64,000 nucleotides of DNA from Parasitella parasitica NRRL 2501. Lineage: Eukaryota; Fungi; Mucoromycota. Every line of letters begins with the position of its first letter. Position 1 is the first letter of the stretch. The notes under the pieces were generated by a model. That model was given only the letters and a program-made list of their open reading frames with translations. It was not told where the DNA came from and ran no database searches. The DNA lies in assembly GCA_025201805.1 (NCBI GenBank), contig MU619273.1, positions 165,329 through 229,328 on the forward strand. The letters are read 5' to 3'. This document shows positions 29,938-42,965 of this stretch, piece after piece. The translations under genes were made by a program, and so were the position numbers.

Positions 29938-31206
29938 CTACATGTAGTTGATAAGCTTGCAAGAACCTCCTTGATAAATATCAACAGTGGTGATCTTATG
30001 AGACTTGTCCAATTTCTCGTAGTTGTCCATAGCGTAAACGTAAAAGTCAACGTGTTTCCCATTAAAGCTCCAAGATTGATCATCAACCAGCAAACAGCCG
30101 TTATGTGCTTTGCTGGAACCAGGAACCTTCCAACCGACAAGAGCAGGGACAAAAATTTTAGTATTTTTCTTGATATCGTTGGAAGCGATAGTAACATAGG
30201 GACGAAGAGGAGTACCAAACGAAGTTAAACCGAAGGGATCAGAATCCTTGTCGACTAATTCGAAACACTTGTAGCCAGAGCAGCTGCAACCGCCAAGGTT
30301 GACAATCTTGGATCCAACAACACCAGTGCCTTCCATGACAAGAGCATCAGCATAATTTTCACCAACAGAGCCGATGGTTTTACCACTGCATGTTTTGACA
30401 CTGACACTCTTGCCACCTGTGTAATCACTGGGTTGAGCGATCCAGTAATAGGTGAAAGCAGACTTGGATTGTAACTTCTTGCGAACTTCCTTCTTGGAAG
30501 AGGATTTCTTGGAAGTCTTCTTGGTAGTAGTCTTTTTAGCGGCCAAACTGGAAATTTTGGAAGAGCCGCCCTTGACGCAATAAGACTTGCCAGTGTCGAG
30601 GTTATCACAGTTGGAGTGAACTTGTGAGTTTAACTTGTAGAAAGTACTCAAGCTAATACCATTCGCCTTGGCCAACTTTGCGCATGTATCAGAATCAGTA
30701 ACTAACAATATATAATATGGTCAGGACCTTGTTTTTTTGTGCATCATTTATTGTTAGTCACCTTTGTGAGTCTTAGAACATCCAGAGGCGCTATCAGATG
30801 AAGATGATGAAGAACTGGACTTCTTGACACAGTACTTTTTGCCATTGTTAAGATTAGGGCATCCGTTCTTGATTTGGGGGTTCCAATCGTAAATGTTTGA
30901 TAAAGTAACACCGTATTTCTTGGCGAGTTTGACACAGCTATCACTACCAGAAACTGTATGATATTTGGCACAATCAGTAGCACGCTTTGTTAAAACATGA
31001 GATTCTTCATCAAATTCTTCAGATAATTCAAAATTGATATCATCGGTATCATCAAGATCGAAAGCTGAAAGATAGGATTCAGAGAGTTTTGTAGCACCAT
31101 CATGAACAACAGCAATGTCGTTGGCAGCGTTCGCAGGTTGAACAAAACTTCCACTATTGAGTAAAATGAACCCAAGTGTGGCTAAAGAGAGAGATTTGAA
31201 ATACAT
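29938..31206 (-). CDS. secreted protein with two LysM domains and a C-terminal 3D/MltA-like double-psi beta-barrel domain (2 exons)
   Basis: Signal peptide, acidic propeptide ending in KR, two Cys-flanked LysM repeats (YHTVSGSDSCVKLAKKYGVTLSNIYDWNP; DTCAKLAKANGISLSTFYKLNS), then FTYYW...LRPYVTIASND...IFVP...GCLLVDDQSWSFNGKHVDFYV. Confidence 0.8.
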
Positions 31207-32256
31207 TTAAAATCTAATTGATTGGTTTGTCGTTTTCTGGAAGTTAGTTTATATAGAAAAAGACAATCTGAAGATTCGGAAAAGTACCGCAGAAAGGGAG
31301 AGGCAGAGGAAATCTGTTAAAGAAAGGAAGGGGGAGGAAGAGGGATGAAGTTTTTCAAACAATAATTGAAAAAAAAGAGAGAAAAAGAGCTCGCTTTATG
31401 ATAGCTTGTAAAGGTTATATACATTTTACTCTGGAAGCAACATGTAGGACAAGTTACACTTCACCAAATAATGCAATCAATTATTTGTGTTGCCATGGCG
31501 ACTTTTCCGCCAATTCTATGTGTGTGCCCAAAATTATACATCTTTGAATATCAATTGAAGGTAGTTATCTAACAAGAAAAAACTTTACAGAGAAGGCTCC
31601 TGCCACTGTTTTGCACATCTATACACATGTGTATCCTGTTTTGCGTTATCTTGATTTTGACATGTCAGAGCATAAACAAACAATGCAGTAGTATGAACCT
31701 ACAACGGAAAGGTATACACTAATGATTGGTTGATTCATCATCATATTACTTTCTTTTGGGTTTCTTAAAAAGGAGATCATCCTCACTTTACCTTTCATAG
31801 TTTAATCTTCTTTTTTTATTTCTCATGTACCACATAGTATATTTGAGAAACATCCGAGAAACAAAATAATATATGGGTACAATTTATTCTAAATGAGGGG
31901 ATTGATCAGTTTGTATCATCATGGTCATAAATTGTATTGCAACCAAACATTATTGAAACGAAAAAAAAACATGTTCAATGACTTGATCCAGCGCTGCCAC
32001 GACAACAAGAACACCCACACTGACCACGTTACCCTAGTAACCGTTTCCTTGTATCGTAGCAACTGGATGGATATCCCTGGACCAGCTCTTACCAATACTT
32101 GCGAACCCTTGGCTCATTGACACAATGTAAAATGACGATGCGCGTTCTCAAACGCGATCTTATTTTTCTGGTTTTGAGTAAGCGATCGTTTTCATATTTT
32201 TATTTTTACAATCATTTCCTTTTTACGATTAAATAATATATAAAAATACATTCAAA

Positions 32257-33166
32257 ATGAATAAAATAAACATTCCTGAAGAAAATTTGTGCTGCCACCA
32301 TATACTGTTCATCAAAGATGTTGTAAACTCGACATTTGTAACAAGCGAAAATTGCTTCAAAACAGAATCCACTCGATTAAGATACAGAAAAGCCAGGTCA
32401 GTCATTCACCCTTTTCAGAAATGCATGGGCACGCATTCACATTCAATTTGACTCATAGGTTGAATGGAATCATTGTAGTTGCACAGAGACCTTTATTGTT
32501 AAATGAAGTAAATCATATTTGGTTAGGTGAGATTGTTACAGAAAGAAATTTGCTCATTCTTAATATCCAATACTTTAATTAAATATAGACGATGGCACTG
32601 GTGTCATTAAGGTCATACTATCTCTCCCCCTTGTCTCGAGGAAAGATTCGTTTTTGATTGAGAAAGGCGCCTCTATTACTGTATTTGGCGCTGTTCAATG
32701 TTTGGATGACAGTAACGAAATTGTTTTGCATTGCAATGGATTCAAAGTCGAAGAAGATGGAGGAGGCGTTAGTGAAATTCATCATTGGCTCAAAGCCATT
32801 GCAGAAAGACCAAATAATTTATCAGCAACACAAGCCAACATGTTTTACAGCATCTCGTCTTTTCCATCGCCAACTAGATTATTAAACGACAGCTTTATGG
32901 CTTCCCCATTGCGTGATTTCAATGCTGCAAATACTGGGTATTTATGGTCCCCCGATCACGCTTTTGCGACTTCAACGCCATTGAGGGCAGTAATGAAAGA
33001 GGAAATAGACTTTGATGACGATGAGTTTGATAGTTTCGGTGAGATTGACCTTGTTGCATTAGAAAACAATGCTCTTCAGCAGCAACAGCAACAAATGCAA
33101 CAAATGCAACGACAACCAATAGTGAATAAACGTAAATTCTCATTGTCAATGGATGGTTGTGAATGA
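32257..33166 (+). CDS. OB-fold ssDNA-binding protein (Stn1/RPA2/RMI2-like; 3 exons)
   Basis: Spliced ...LNGIIV...HIWL|DDGTGVIKV...IEKGASITVFGAVQ...EIHHWLKAI fits the RPA2/Stn1-type OB-fold pattern. Confidence 0.6.
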
Positions 33167-33446
33167 TCCCCCCTATACGATAGCAATGAAACCCAATCAA
33201 TATGCTGCAGTGACTTTATTGTCATCAAAAGTAGATATAATTTGACATCCATTGGAGAAAAAGAACCTCTGCTTCTTTCAAGTTTTATATTCTTTTCGCA
33301 TACAAAATGCTAGAACTACAACATAATAAAGATAAAATATCGCCTGAAGATCTTCAGTATATTGAAAGAGTAGGTTGTTTTTTATTATTATTAATTTTCT
33401 TGAATGATGTTGGATTAAAGATTTTGAATAGAAATACCTTGACTGG

Positions 33447-33775
33447 ATGGATAAGCAGGATGATACCAAAGCAATCGAATTGAACGTCATAGAGGATTGC
33501 AAAATCACAGATCTTTATGGATGCCTGCTAGGGATCTTTTCTAAATTAGGTGTATTCGATACATTAAATACATCTGAAAGTCGGTTTTTGGATTTTCTGG
33601 TTGATGTTCGAGGCAAATATCAAGAAACACATTATCACTCGTTTTATCATGCTACTGATGTGGTCATTGTTCTGTATTATATCGTAATGGGTTTGAAAGC
33701 AAAAAAGTACTTTACAAACGAAGAGGTTGCTACTTTGTTCATTGCTGCCATTTGCCATGATGCTGNNNNNNNNNN

Positions 33776-33820
<45 letters not shown>

Positions 33821-34726
33821 GATTGCTAATGATCCATCTTCTAGTACGGCTACAATAACGATTACCATGTAAAGTTCAAGACTGAGCTTGCCCGTCATTA
33901 CAACAACACCTCGGTCCTTGAATCCTTATCAGTAGATATTGCCCTTGAATTGACAGAAAAGCATAAAATCACCACTGCCACTGATATAGATATGATGAGA
34001 AGTTTGATCTTGGCAACAGACATGTCGTCTCATTATGAATTATTGAATAAGGCAGGCGAATTAGAAGATATCGTGTCAAAAGTAAATCACTGGGATGAGC
34101 AAGACAGCTGTAGTGAGTTTGACGAAAGTTCAGCTGCTTCTGAAACATTGTCAATCAGCAGCCAGCAACGATTTCCTTCTCCATCACCACTGGATCAGTC
34201 TCAAAGACTATCATTTGCTTGTATCTTGCTGCATGCAGCTGATATCAGCAATACTGTCCGTTCTTGGAATATCTCCAAGCAATGGTCAGACTTGATTATC
34301 AAGGAATTCTTTAGACAGGGAGATGCTGAAAAGCTGGCTGGCTTACAAGTTTCTCCAGGAATGGATCGCAATTCAGCTTCTCAGGCTACTGTCAGCTTGA
34401 AATTCGGTGATTATCTCGTGAAACCCTATTTCGAAGCAGTAAAAGGTTTATTACCCAAGGCCCAAGTATTTATTGATAATCTCGAAGAGAATAAAGCCAA
34501 ATGGCTCGAATTAGAAGCAAGTTCCATGTCTACCTCAATCGGTATCTCTGAATCTGGCGCTACCACAACACCAATACGACAATTCAGTTCACCGGCAGGT
34601 ACAGTGATAATCCAACCCACTGTAAACCACTCAAAAGCCAGCGCAATACCCATCCTACGAGCTGCAACCCACCCTAGTGTATTTCATGCTTCACCAACCT
34701 CATCTAGAAAAAATAGTTTAATATAA
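33447..34726 (+). CDS. class I (HD-domain) cyclic nucleotide phosphodiesterase; assembly gap 33766-33775 inside
   Basis: YHSFYHATDV, AAICHD, ILATDMSSH, LLHAADISN, EFFRQGDAEK. Confidence 0.9.
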
Positions 34727-35051
34727 GAAAAATAGCTATGGCCACCAGAACTTCTCAATTGTATATTTTAGCGCATATCGCATATTGTTACAATTTTTTT
34801 TTTTGGCTTGCTGTATGAATCGTATTATTGTATAAATAAAATATCGCTTAAACAGGTTTTTAAGGAGTTGATTTATTATTTATTTGATGATATGTGAAAT
34901 ATTGTTGATCGGATGCCACGTTTTTCACATTGTCCTACATGACCCAAAAGTATAAAATTGAAACTTTTGTCATATAAACAAATATGGATCCAATCTTACC
35001 CTTTTCTTCTTTCTTTATTCACACACACTGAGCTATGTATATTTAAAACAA

Positions 35052-35696
35052 ATGGATGCTTCACTAGAATCAATATTAGAATCCAAAGATAACCGCTATA
35101 ATGACTTTACTATGTATATGCACCACACTTATTGTATAGAGAATTTGTATTTCTGGCAAGACGTGCAGAATTACAAACTAAGCCCGGCTTTAAAGAAGTA
35201 TCAAACCATGATCAACAACTATATTGTAACAAACGCACCGTATGAAATCAATATACCCTGGGATATGCGACAAAATGTACTAGACAACCACTCCCCGCAT
35301 TGCTTTGACGAAGCCGCTGAAGCCATATTAGAGCTCATACGGGTCAACTCATATTTGCCATGGTATCAAGACCACTGCAACACGCACTATGTTGCTCCTA
35401 GAAATTCTTTATCACCCTCCCTGTCATTTCCTGAGCGCTGGAATATCATAAAGCATAAACAATCCTCTTCATTTAGTATCAGTCGGCCAAGCTTTAGTTC
35501 TGTAAGATCATCCTCAGCGACTTCCATGTTTAACCTGGCTAGCGATAATAGGGCAAATTCAGCGTCTACAAACAAATTAGCTGGCATGTTCCAAAGAAAA
35601 CGCCAGGCCCTTATGATTCGAATGAAAAGGACGTTTATAGAGCATGATTTTAATAATAAAAATAATAATGGCTTTTCTTGGCTTGCTAAGAAGTAG
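35052..35696 (+). CDS. RGS (regulator of G-protein signalling) domain protein
   Basis: FTMYMHHTYCIENLYFWQDVQNYK...YIVTNAPYEINI...CFDEAAEAILELIRVNSYLPW. Confidence 0.88.
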   Translation: MDASLESILESKDNRYNDFTMYMHHTYCIENLYFWQDVQNYKLSPALKKYQTMINNYIVTNAPYEINIPWDMRQNVLDNHSPHCFDEAAEAILELIRVNSYLPWYQDHCNTHYVAPRNSLSPSLSFPERWNIIKHKQSSSFSISRPSFSSVRSSSATSMFNLASDNRANSASTNKLAGMFQRKRQALMIRMKRTFIEHDFNNKNNNGFSWLAKK

Positions 35697-35799
35697 TGCA
35701 AAACTATCAACAGGTCTTCTTTCGTGTTTATAGTGCTGGAGTAACACCACACAAATGGAGCAATAAACAGGATTTCAGGTATAATTTATAGTGTTGTTG

Positions 35800-36581
35800 T
35801 CATGGAAATTCACAGTAAACTTCTTGGTTTCTGTCTGGTGATTGCACAATGTCTGTAAACAGCAAATCATCTTCCTTTTCTTGCTGATAGAATTTGTTTT
35901 CTGGCGCACACATGGCTAATGTCAGGTTTTCATCCAACTGCCGTGTCAGTAACTTCACTGCGAGGTAAAAGTTTCGGATGCTTTCTTTGTTGCCAATCGA
36001 AATCCGCACGATACGTTCTGTTGAGTTGGGTAGATTTTGCGACATGATTCTGATTTCCGTGTTTGTTTGTAATGCAATCACTCCAAAAACGTTTTCTCCA
36101 TTTTGGCTTCTTCCGCCTTCTTTTAAATATTGAATCAGAAAATCTGGCAACACAAAGTCTACGCCATTTTGTGTCTGTACGAAGAGGAAGGAAGAAAAGG
36201 AGGGGAGGGGGGGGGGGGGAAGGGTATATTAATCAACCTTGTAAGGGTCCATTGTCATAATTTTCTACGTACTGGATCATTGTAGGATTCAACGAGCATT
36301 TCAAAGCAGTTCGTGCATGCCATCGCACAATCCTCGGCTCTTCCTTTTATTAAAAAAAGCCTCATAAACGGACGTAGAGATTCGTACTTTGTAAATTGCA
36401 GAAGAACATGATAAAAATTCGAGATGCTCTGGATTGTTTTGCCTTTTTGGCCGATGATTTTACCAGTGTGGATTCCCGGTAGAAGCAATCGTAAATTGAT
36501 TCTATTTTCTTTATGTGATTTCTCGTAATTAATGTAGGATTCTATTAAATCGATTCCAGAGAGATGTGATGGAGAATTCAT
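35800..36581 (-). CDS. KH-domain RNA-binding protein (2 exons)
   Basis: LRLLLP...GKIIGQKGKTIQSI (GxxG KH motif); second degenerate KH with LPNSTERIVRI. Confidence 0.75.
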
Positions 36582-37371
36582 GGTAGAATGTTGTTGTTGT
36601 TGCTGGTGTTGGAGGGGGGGTGGGGGGAAAAAAGTAAGGTCAATCACAGCACTCACTTTTTATAAATCCCGTTGTGTGCAAATTAAAAATTCTTGATTCT
36701 CATCAAAGATAGAATGAACTCGTCTAAATTTTGAAGAGAAATAGCCCATCTTAACTAGTACTATACTTGAATATGATCTCACAAGGTGGAATTCTAGAGA
36801 ATGATGCCAGTAATAAATGTTGAATCGATGTTTTGTGGTCTCCCTTCGGGCTGAAGGTAACTGGAACTACAAATCGACATGACTAACTCGATTGTAAAGA
36901 GCTGCAAGACAAAAAAAAAACTTCAAATTTTGGGGATCATTGAAAAACGTCAAGATTCAAGGGGAACATTGCCGAGTATCATAGAAGGAATTTTTTTCAT
37001 CAAGACGGATCGTTCCCCAAATCACTCCAGATGGCTTTAGATTCAAAAATTTCGTGAATACCATTCAGAGTAGAAACATAAAATAAAAAAAACTTTTTAC
37101 GGTATCATACAAGTGCTGAATACATCAAATGTTGAGATTTTGTAGTCAAAGGTCGCTGTACTCGATTATTTTCCCACACCACTACCACCATTTTCAAGTG
37201 ATATCCGTCTTCTGTGTTACTTTACCACTTTATAACTGTGGTTATGCAGGTTGTTAGGGAGATCTATTGCAAAGCTACTTTTCTGATATGTTCATTAAAC
37301 AGTGTCGCTAAGCTGACGTGAACAAGTAGGCATTTAATAACAAGTTTGGAAAAAAAAAACCAGACAGGGAC

Positions 37372-38396
37372 TTATTGAGGAACGACATTGTGAAATAAAT
37401 AAGAGACAGATTCGCCATTGTGAGTTCTGCAAGATGCAAAGGTGTCAACTGCATGCAATTAATGTATGTGGTATTATCTTACCTTCTAATGGCTTCGGCG
37501 ATTGTAGGCGAAATATCAATGATGTCAATCTTGGGGCAGAGAGCCATCTTGTCTTCAGAAGGGATAGTGTTTGTAATAACAATCTTTTCAATCACTGACT
37601 CATTAATAACCTTGATGGCCTTGCCAGACAAGATGCCATGAGCAACAATGGCATACACCTTTTTAGCGCCATGTTCCATTAGAGTCTTTGCTGCTAGCCC
37701 CAATGTACCACATGTATCAGCCATATCATCTACCAAAATTGCAATTTGCCCGCGAACATCGCCAACCAGCACCATTCGAGATACCTCGTTTGCCTTTTTG
37801 CGTTCTTTATGAATTAACGCAAAATCCAGCTCAAGATTGTCCGCAATAGATGTAGCACGCTTGGCACCGCCTGCATCAGGTGAAACGATCACGGCATTTT
37901 GCCAACTGGGGATTTTCGTTTTAATGTAATGGATAGTGGAAGGCTCGCAATACAGATTATCCACAGGGATATTGAAGAAGCCTTGGATTTGTGATGCGTG
38001 CAAGTCCATGGTGATTACATGATCTGCACCGGCCACAGTCAACATGTTTGCAGTGAGTCGTGCAGTAATAGGAGCTCTGCTTTTATCCTTTTTATCTTGG
38101 CGTGCATAAAAGAAGCAAGGGATTACAGCGGTAATGCGGCGAGCAGATGCAGTTTTACAGGCATTGATCATGATGAGCAATTCCATAAGGCTATCGTTGA
38201 TTTCGCCACAGCCTGACTGAATGATAAACACATCTTCATCACGGACAGACTCTCCAATGGTGACGGATGTCTCTTGATTGGAGAACTTGATGACGGTTGC
38301 TTTCGCCAGCTGAAGGCCCATACGCTTTGCTACCAATTGCGCAAGTGCCGGCGAAGCATTGCCAGCGAATATCTTGATGGCATTATCGGTTGACAT
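37372..38396 (-). CDS. PRS: ribose-phosphate pyrophosphokinase (PRPP synthetase)
   Basis: [54 protein letters not shown]; short last exon [11 protein letters not shown]. Confidence 0.96.
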
Positions 38397-38598
38397 GACG
38401 ATTGAAGTTATACAATGTGTCAAAACAGATGAAAAGGATTTTCGTCTGTGACCGTACACACACAGGATATCGGAAACAAATGTGAAATCACAGGCTATTG
38501 AAGGGTCTCAGAAGAGAAAAAAATAAAAAAGGCGTTTATTATTATGTACAGGCAAGAGGAAAGAAGATTGCAAAATATGTATAGGCGCAAGTGATGCT

Positions 38599-38850
38599 TT
38601 AATCATCGAAAACAGCATTTACCGAAGGAGTAAATACGGTGGTATCATTGGCAGTGGTGCCTGAAGCAGTGGCATTGGAGGAAGCGACAGATACATGTCC
38701 TTGAGGAGTATAAAGGGTGGAGTCAGTCAACGGTGCAGCTTGGTGGTGTGCCTTTTCGAACTGCATGCGCACAGAAGAGCTGGCAAAAGTACGGGCCATA
38801 GATTTGGAGAGAGCAGGACGAGCAATGCGAGAGACAACGGCAGAGTTCAT
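38599..38850 (-). CDS. small protein with mitochondrial-presequence-like N-terminus (83 aa)
   Basis: MNSAVVSRIARPALSKSMARTFASSSVR is Arg/Ser/Ala-rich with no acidic residues; TATA-like element upstream. Confidence 0.6.
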   Translation of the reverse strand: MNSAVVSRIARPALSKSMARTFASSSVRMQFEKAHHQAAPLTDSTLYTPQGHVSVASSNATASGTTANDTTVFTPSVNAVFDD

Positions 38851-39625
38851 TTTGGCGTAAAAAGAGATAATGAAGAAAGAAGACATCTGAGGCTGCTGAG
38901 GGTCCTATTTATATATGGAAGAACGACAAACAGCATTTTATCTTGCAAAGCAGGATTACTTGATTCGAACCAAACAAATATTATTCATGTGACCCTGTAA
39001 CTTTTGGCAGAGACTTATACAATGCCTTGGATCGACTCATATTCCAATCAATCGAACAACTAGTGCGCAAAATCCAATTTCATTGGCAACAGTTTTTTGT
39101 TGGGGAACTCTTCTTCTTTGAGGGAATCACTGCCTTAAAAGGGTTTCTCTCCTTTTAGAAATACTTAAAGATATGTGTGGTATAGCGGACGTTACTGCCG
39201 ATCCCCTTGGTTCGAAGATACCCTCTGTATGTTTGTTTGCTTGGCAAGTTCACACAGCAGAGCAGCGTTTCAAATGTAGGGGGTTTCTTTTATTTCTAAT
39301 CGTTTTATCCGCACATTTCATCATGTATACACAATAGCCATTCGATCCAATCACAGTCATTGTACCAGAGGCTGTTTGATGTGAAATTCCAAATAATAAT
39401 GATGAATCATTAGAAATGAAATGTCTCGTTGGAGGAAGAAGGAGTGTCCGTAAACACCCATCTTTTCATATGCTGTCAAACTCTACTGATTTACATCATA
39501 AAACACTCCCAACTACCGCACTAAACCAGAGAGAAGGACTCGGTCGAAATTTAGCGCGTGGTTTCATCATTAGTTTCATTTCATCCGCCAAATCCGCTTG
39601 AAATCACAAATTTCTATTTTATTTA

Positions 39626-41233
39626 CTAAAAATCAGGAAACTTTTCTCTATAAGGATCCTCAGCAGGAAGGCCGTATTGCTCGTTACTTTCGGGATATCT
39701 GTCGAAATGACTAGCATCACCATCGCCACGGATTTGTGGGATATAAGGCGCTCTAATCTGTTTGTTAGCGACGCGATCAAAGTCTACGCCTTGGAACCAA
39801 GGGTGATTCTTGATATCGTCAGCACCATTCTTCAGATTACCATATCGACGAGACAAATCAGATGTTAGCAAGTGCTTCAACAAATCCTTTGCATTTGGAT
39901 CGAAATAAGACGGCCAGCGAATCTTGCCCTGCAAGATCTTTTCATAGAGCTTCAAGTGGTCATCATCATAAAATGGTGGATAACCTGCCAGCATTTCAAA
40001 TATCAGAATACCCAAACTCCACCAATCGACTGCTTTGCCGTAACCTTTGGACTGAATCACCTCTGGGGCTGTGTGTGGTTTTGTTAGTTGGAATGAGTAA
40101 AATGAGGCATACAACCTCCAAGCTTACCAAGATAATCAGGTGTACCACAAAGCGTCCATGTAATGTCGGGTACATGTTTGGCAAATCCAAAATCAGTAAT
40201 TTTGATATGGCCGTTGGCATCCAACAACAAGTTTTCAGGCTTCAGATCGCGGTAAACGACATCCTTTTTGTGAAGATACTCAATTGCCAGTGTCACCTCA
40301 GAAGCGTAGAATTTCGCAACATGGTCAGGAAAACGCTACAACAAAGTCAGCCAACTGACAAGATGTGAAAGAGAGAGAGAGAGCACACTTCCTTACCTTG
40401 CTTTTTCTTAGCACACTAAATAATTCACCTCCGGGAACGTAATCCATTGTCATGTAGAGGTTGACGTCGTCTTGAAAAGTGCCCCACAGGTTGACCAGGA
40501 ATGGATTGGCTACGGATTCCAATATGTGTTTTTCATTATTGGTGTGCTCCACCTGCTTCAATCGAACCACTTCGGTCTTTTTCAAGACTTTGATAGCGTA
40601 ATACCTGCCGTTGTGTCTTGATTGAGCTAAATGAACTCGACCAAACGAACCAGTGCCCAGCGTGCGCAACAAATGAAAGTCGTCCAGTTTGAGTCTGGGT
40701 CTATTTTTGCGTTGATCCATAATAGCAGCGTCGTAGTGTTGATATTTGGATTTTAATGCAGCGCGACCTTGCAAAAATAGATTCAGCCGTGTGCGCTCAA
40801 AAATCCTAAATCATATGAAAATATTTACCTCCTTGCGGTTGCTCTGGTTGCTGGTGATTAGCTTGCTCTATTGCCAATTTGGTTAGACACATGTCTGGGG
40901 TATCCTCCAGACCAACCCAACTTTACCAGGCGTATCAATATCCATGTTTTGATGCGATTCTTGCGATTGTCTCGGTGTTACATAGCCAGTTGCATAGTGG
41001 GTACTACTATTGCCAGCTTCTTCTTGGACATTTGGTAATTGAGACTGTGGTTGTTCTTGGGTCGAGTTTGTTGCATGGGAGGACGAAGTCGAGGAGTGTG
41101 GCGTATGGATACCAAAAAATGACCTATTACTGTCGTTTTTTGATAGTTCTGGCTGTTGCTGCATTTGCGGTTCTCTTGTTTGATTGTGATTTGCGTGCTT
41201 GGCTCTGTCAATGATTTTATTGAAAAAAGACAT
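39626..41233 (-). CDS. pkaC: cAMP-dependent protein kinase catalytic subunit (multi-exon)
   Basis: [54 protein letters not shown]-terminal F-x-D-F. Confidence 0.95.
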
Positions 41234-42965
41234 GTTTCCTGTGTGTATTTAAATATGTAACAAAAAAAAGTGAATTAGAGAAAAGAAGGTTTGTGTTTTA
41301 GGAAAAAAGAAAAATCCTTCATAACAGACGCACGCACACACACGTTTGGTTACATCAAATGATAATGCATCTTGGAAAAAAAAAAAAAAAAGAAGGACTG
41401 CTTACAACCCACATTATGTAACGTTTGTTTCGGTGAATATCTTCAAAAAACGTCCTTGATGGTATAGCATTTGCATGTAATGATTTGCAACATAATTCCA
41501 CGAATTCACTCGTGCTGTGTACGCTACTTTTGAAAATGTAATTTGCCACATCTTGTTTGCGAATGACTCCAGAACGAAGGTGATAATGCAGCTCATTTGA
41601 CTCGGTTGCCATTCGACTGCAATCGCTGGCATGAAACCCAAAATAGCCCTGGTCTTAATTTTTTCAGTCTAGCAAAATAAACTTTGTAGTCTTTAAACAC
41701 ACTATTAATTGCAATCGATGCACGTTCATTACCTTTAATGCGATTTATTTACGAATATTAAGCTTGTTCTATCAGCTCATAAACCGATCTGTTTCGTTTT
41801 ATAGCATAGACATTGGTATTCTATTTAGATTTAGAGATTTGTGATTTTGGCAAATGTACTTTTTAACATCATTCATTCATTGATTAGGATTCGAAGCTGA
41901 TTTTCAAATTGCTGAGTCAATTATATGTAATTTACGACCTGCTGGAGGGATTTGTTGAAATCAGTATGATGATTAAGAGCAGGGAGAGACAGCCCTTTTA
42001 GAATAAATCAACATCTCAGTGTTTCTGTGAAAGTTTAAGGAGTAATGAGAAGCTCAGGGATGTAAATCAAGCATAACTGCTCATTTTATACACTCAGCAG
42101 TGAGTGGAACAAAACTAGTAAAAAGTGAAGAAGCTTTGTTGTGAAACCTGTTGGCAATGTGGCCTCTCTTGCTGCTGTAAAGAAGCCAATGCATGACCAC
42201 ACCAGATACTAATTCTTTTCGTTGTATATTCAAATTAGAGGCTACTTGATTAATATTTTATTATCATAAAAATTAGCATAACTTTTAAAACAACTTTTAA
42301 AATTAGACTAGTTGCAGTTAATGATTTATTGCAAGCGAATGCTTATACATTTCAAGTATAGACATAAAAACCTTCCTGTTTTCGCACAAAATTGCATAAT
42401 AAAGCTGATTCTGTCAATAGCAGACGTTGCATTATAACCCTAACTTATGTCTGTACATTAGCAGGTGAGAACAGCAACATTTAGAACTGGATTGACCTCC
42501 GTATATTTCAAGTAGATTTGTAATTTTGACAACATGGAAATTTGATATGCATTGTTGTTTATCGCTTTGTATTACGCCTAACCGATTGGTTGCGGTCGTA
42601 GCGGCCCGGGCTCCAATGAAGGGCCTAACGCTGCACAAACTACATCCATAACCAGACATTCATGCTTGTTCAAATCGTCAAGTATTCATGATATAGTTCT
42701 GTAAAAAAGAATATAAAATCAAATAGAGCAGTCAAAGCTGAATTCTAGAAATATAAGCACAAAACTTTGACTGAAAAAAATCATTCGATAACGTATTCAT
42801 GTCTGTCATTGATACCGATGGTGACACGCTGCACCTGTATCCCGTCTTGACACAGGCAGCATTGAAACGCCGGATTCGTATAAAAGGATTGAGCAAAAAG
42901 CATAACTAATAAATGCTCATATTCTCTATCCTGCTCCTATATTATTTATACCAAAAGATCTATTA

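Noticed and set aside
42876-42882. Upc2-type sterol response element TCGTATA upstream of CYP51
   Set aside because: It overlaps a TATAAAA box, and Upc2-type sterol regulation is characterised in Saccharomycotina yeasts; likely coincidental.
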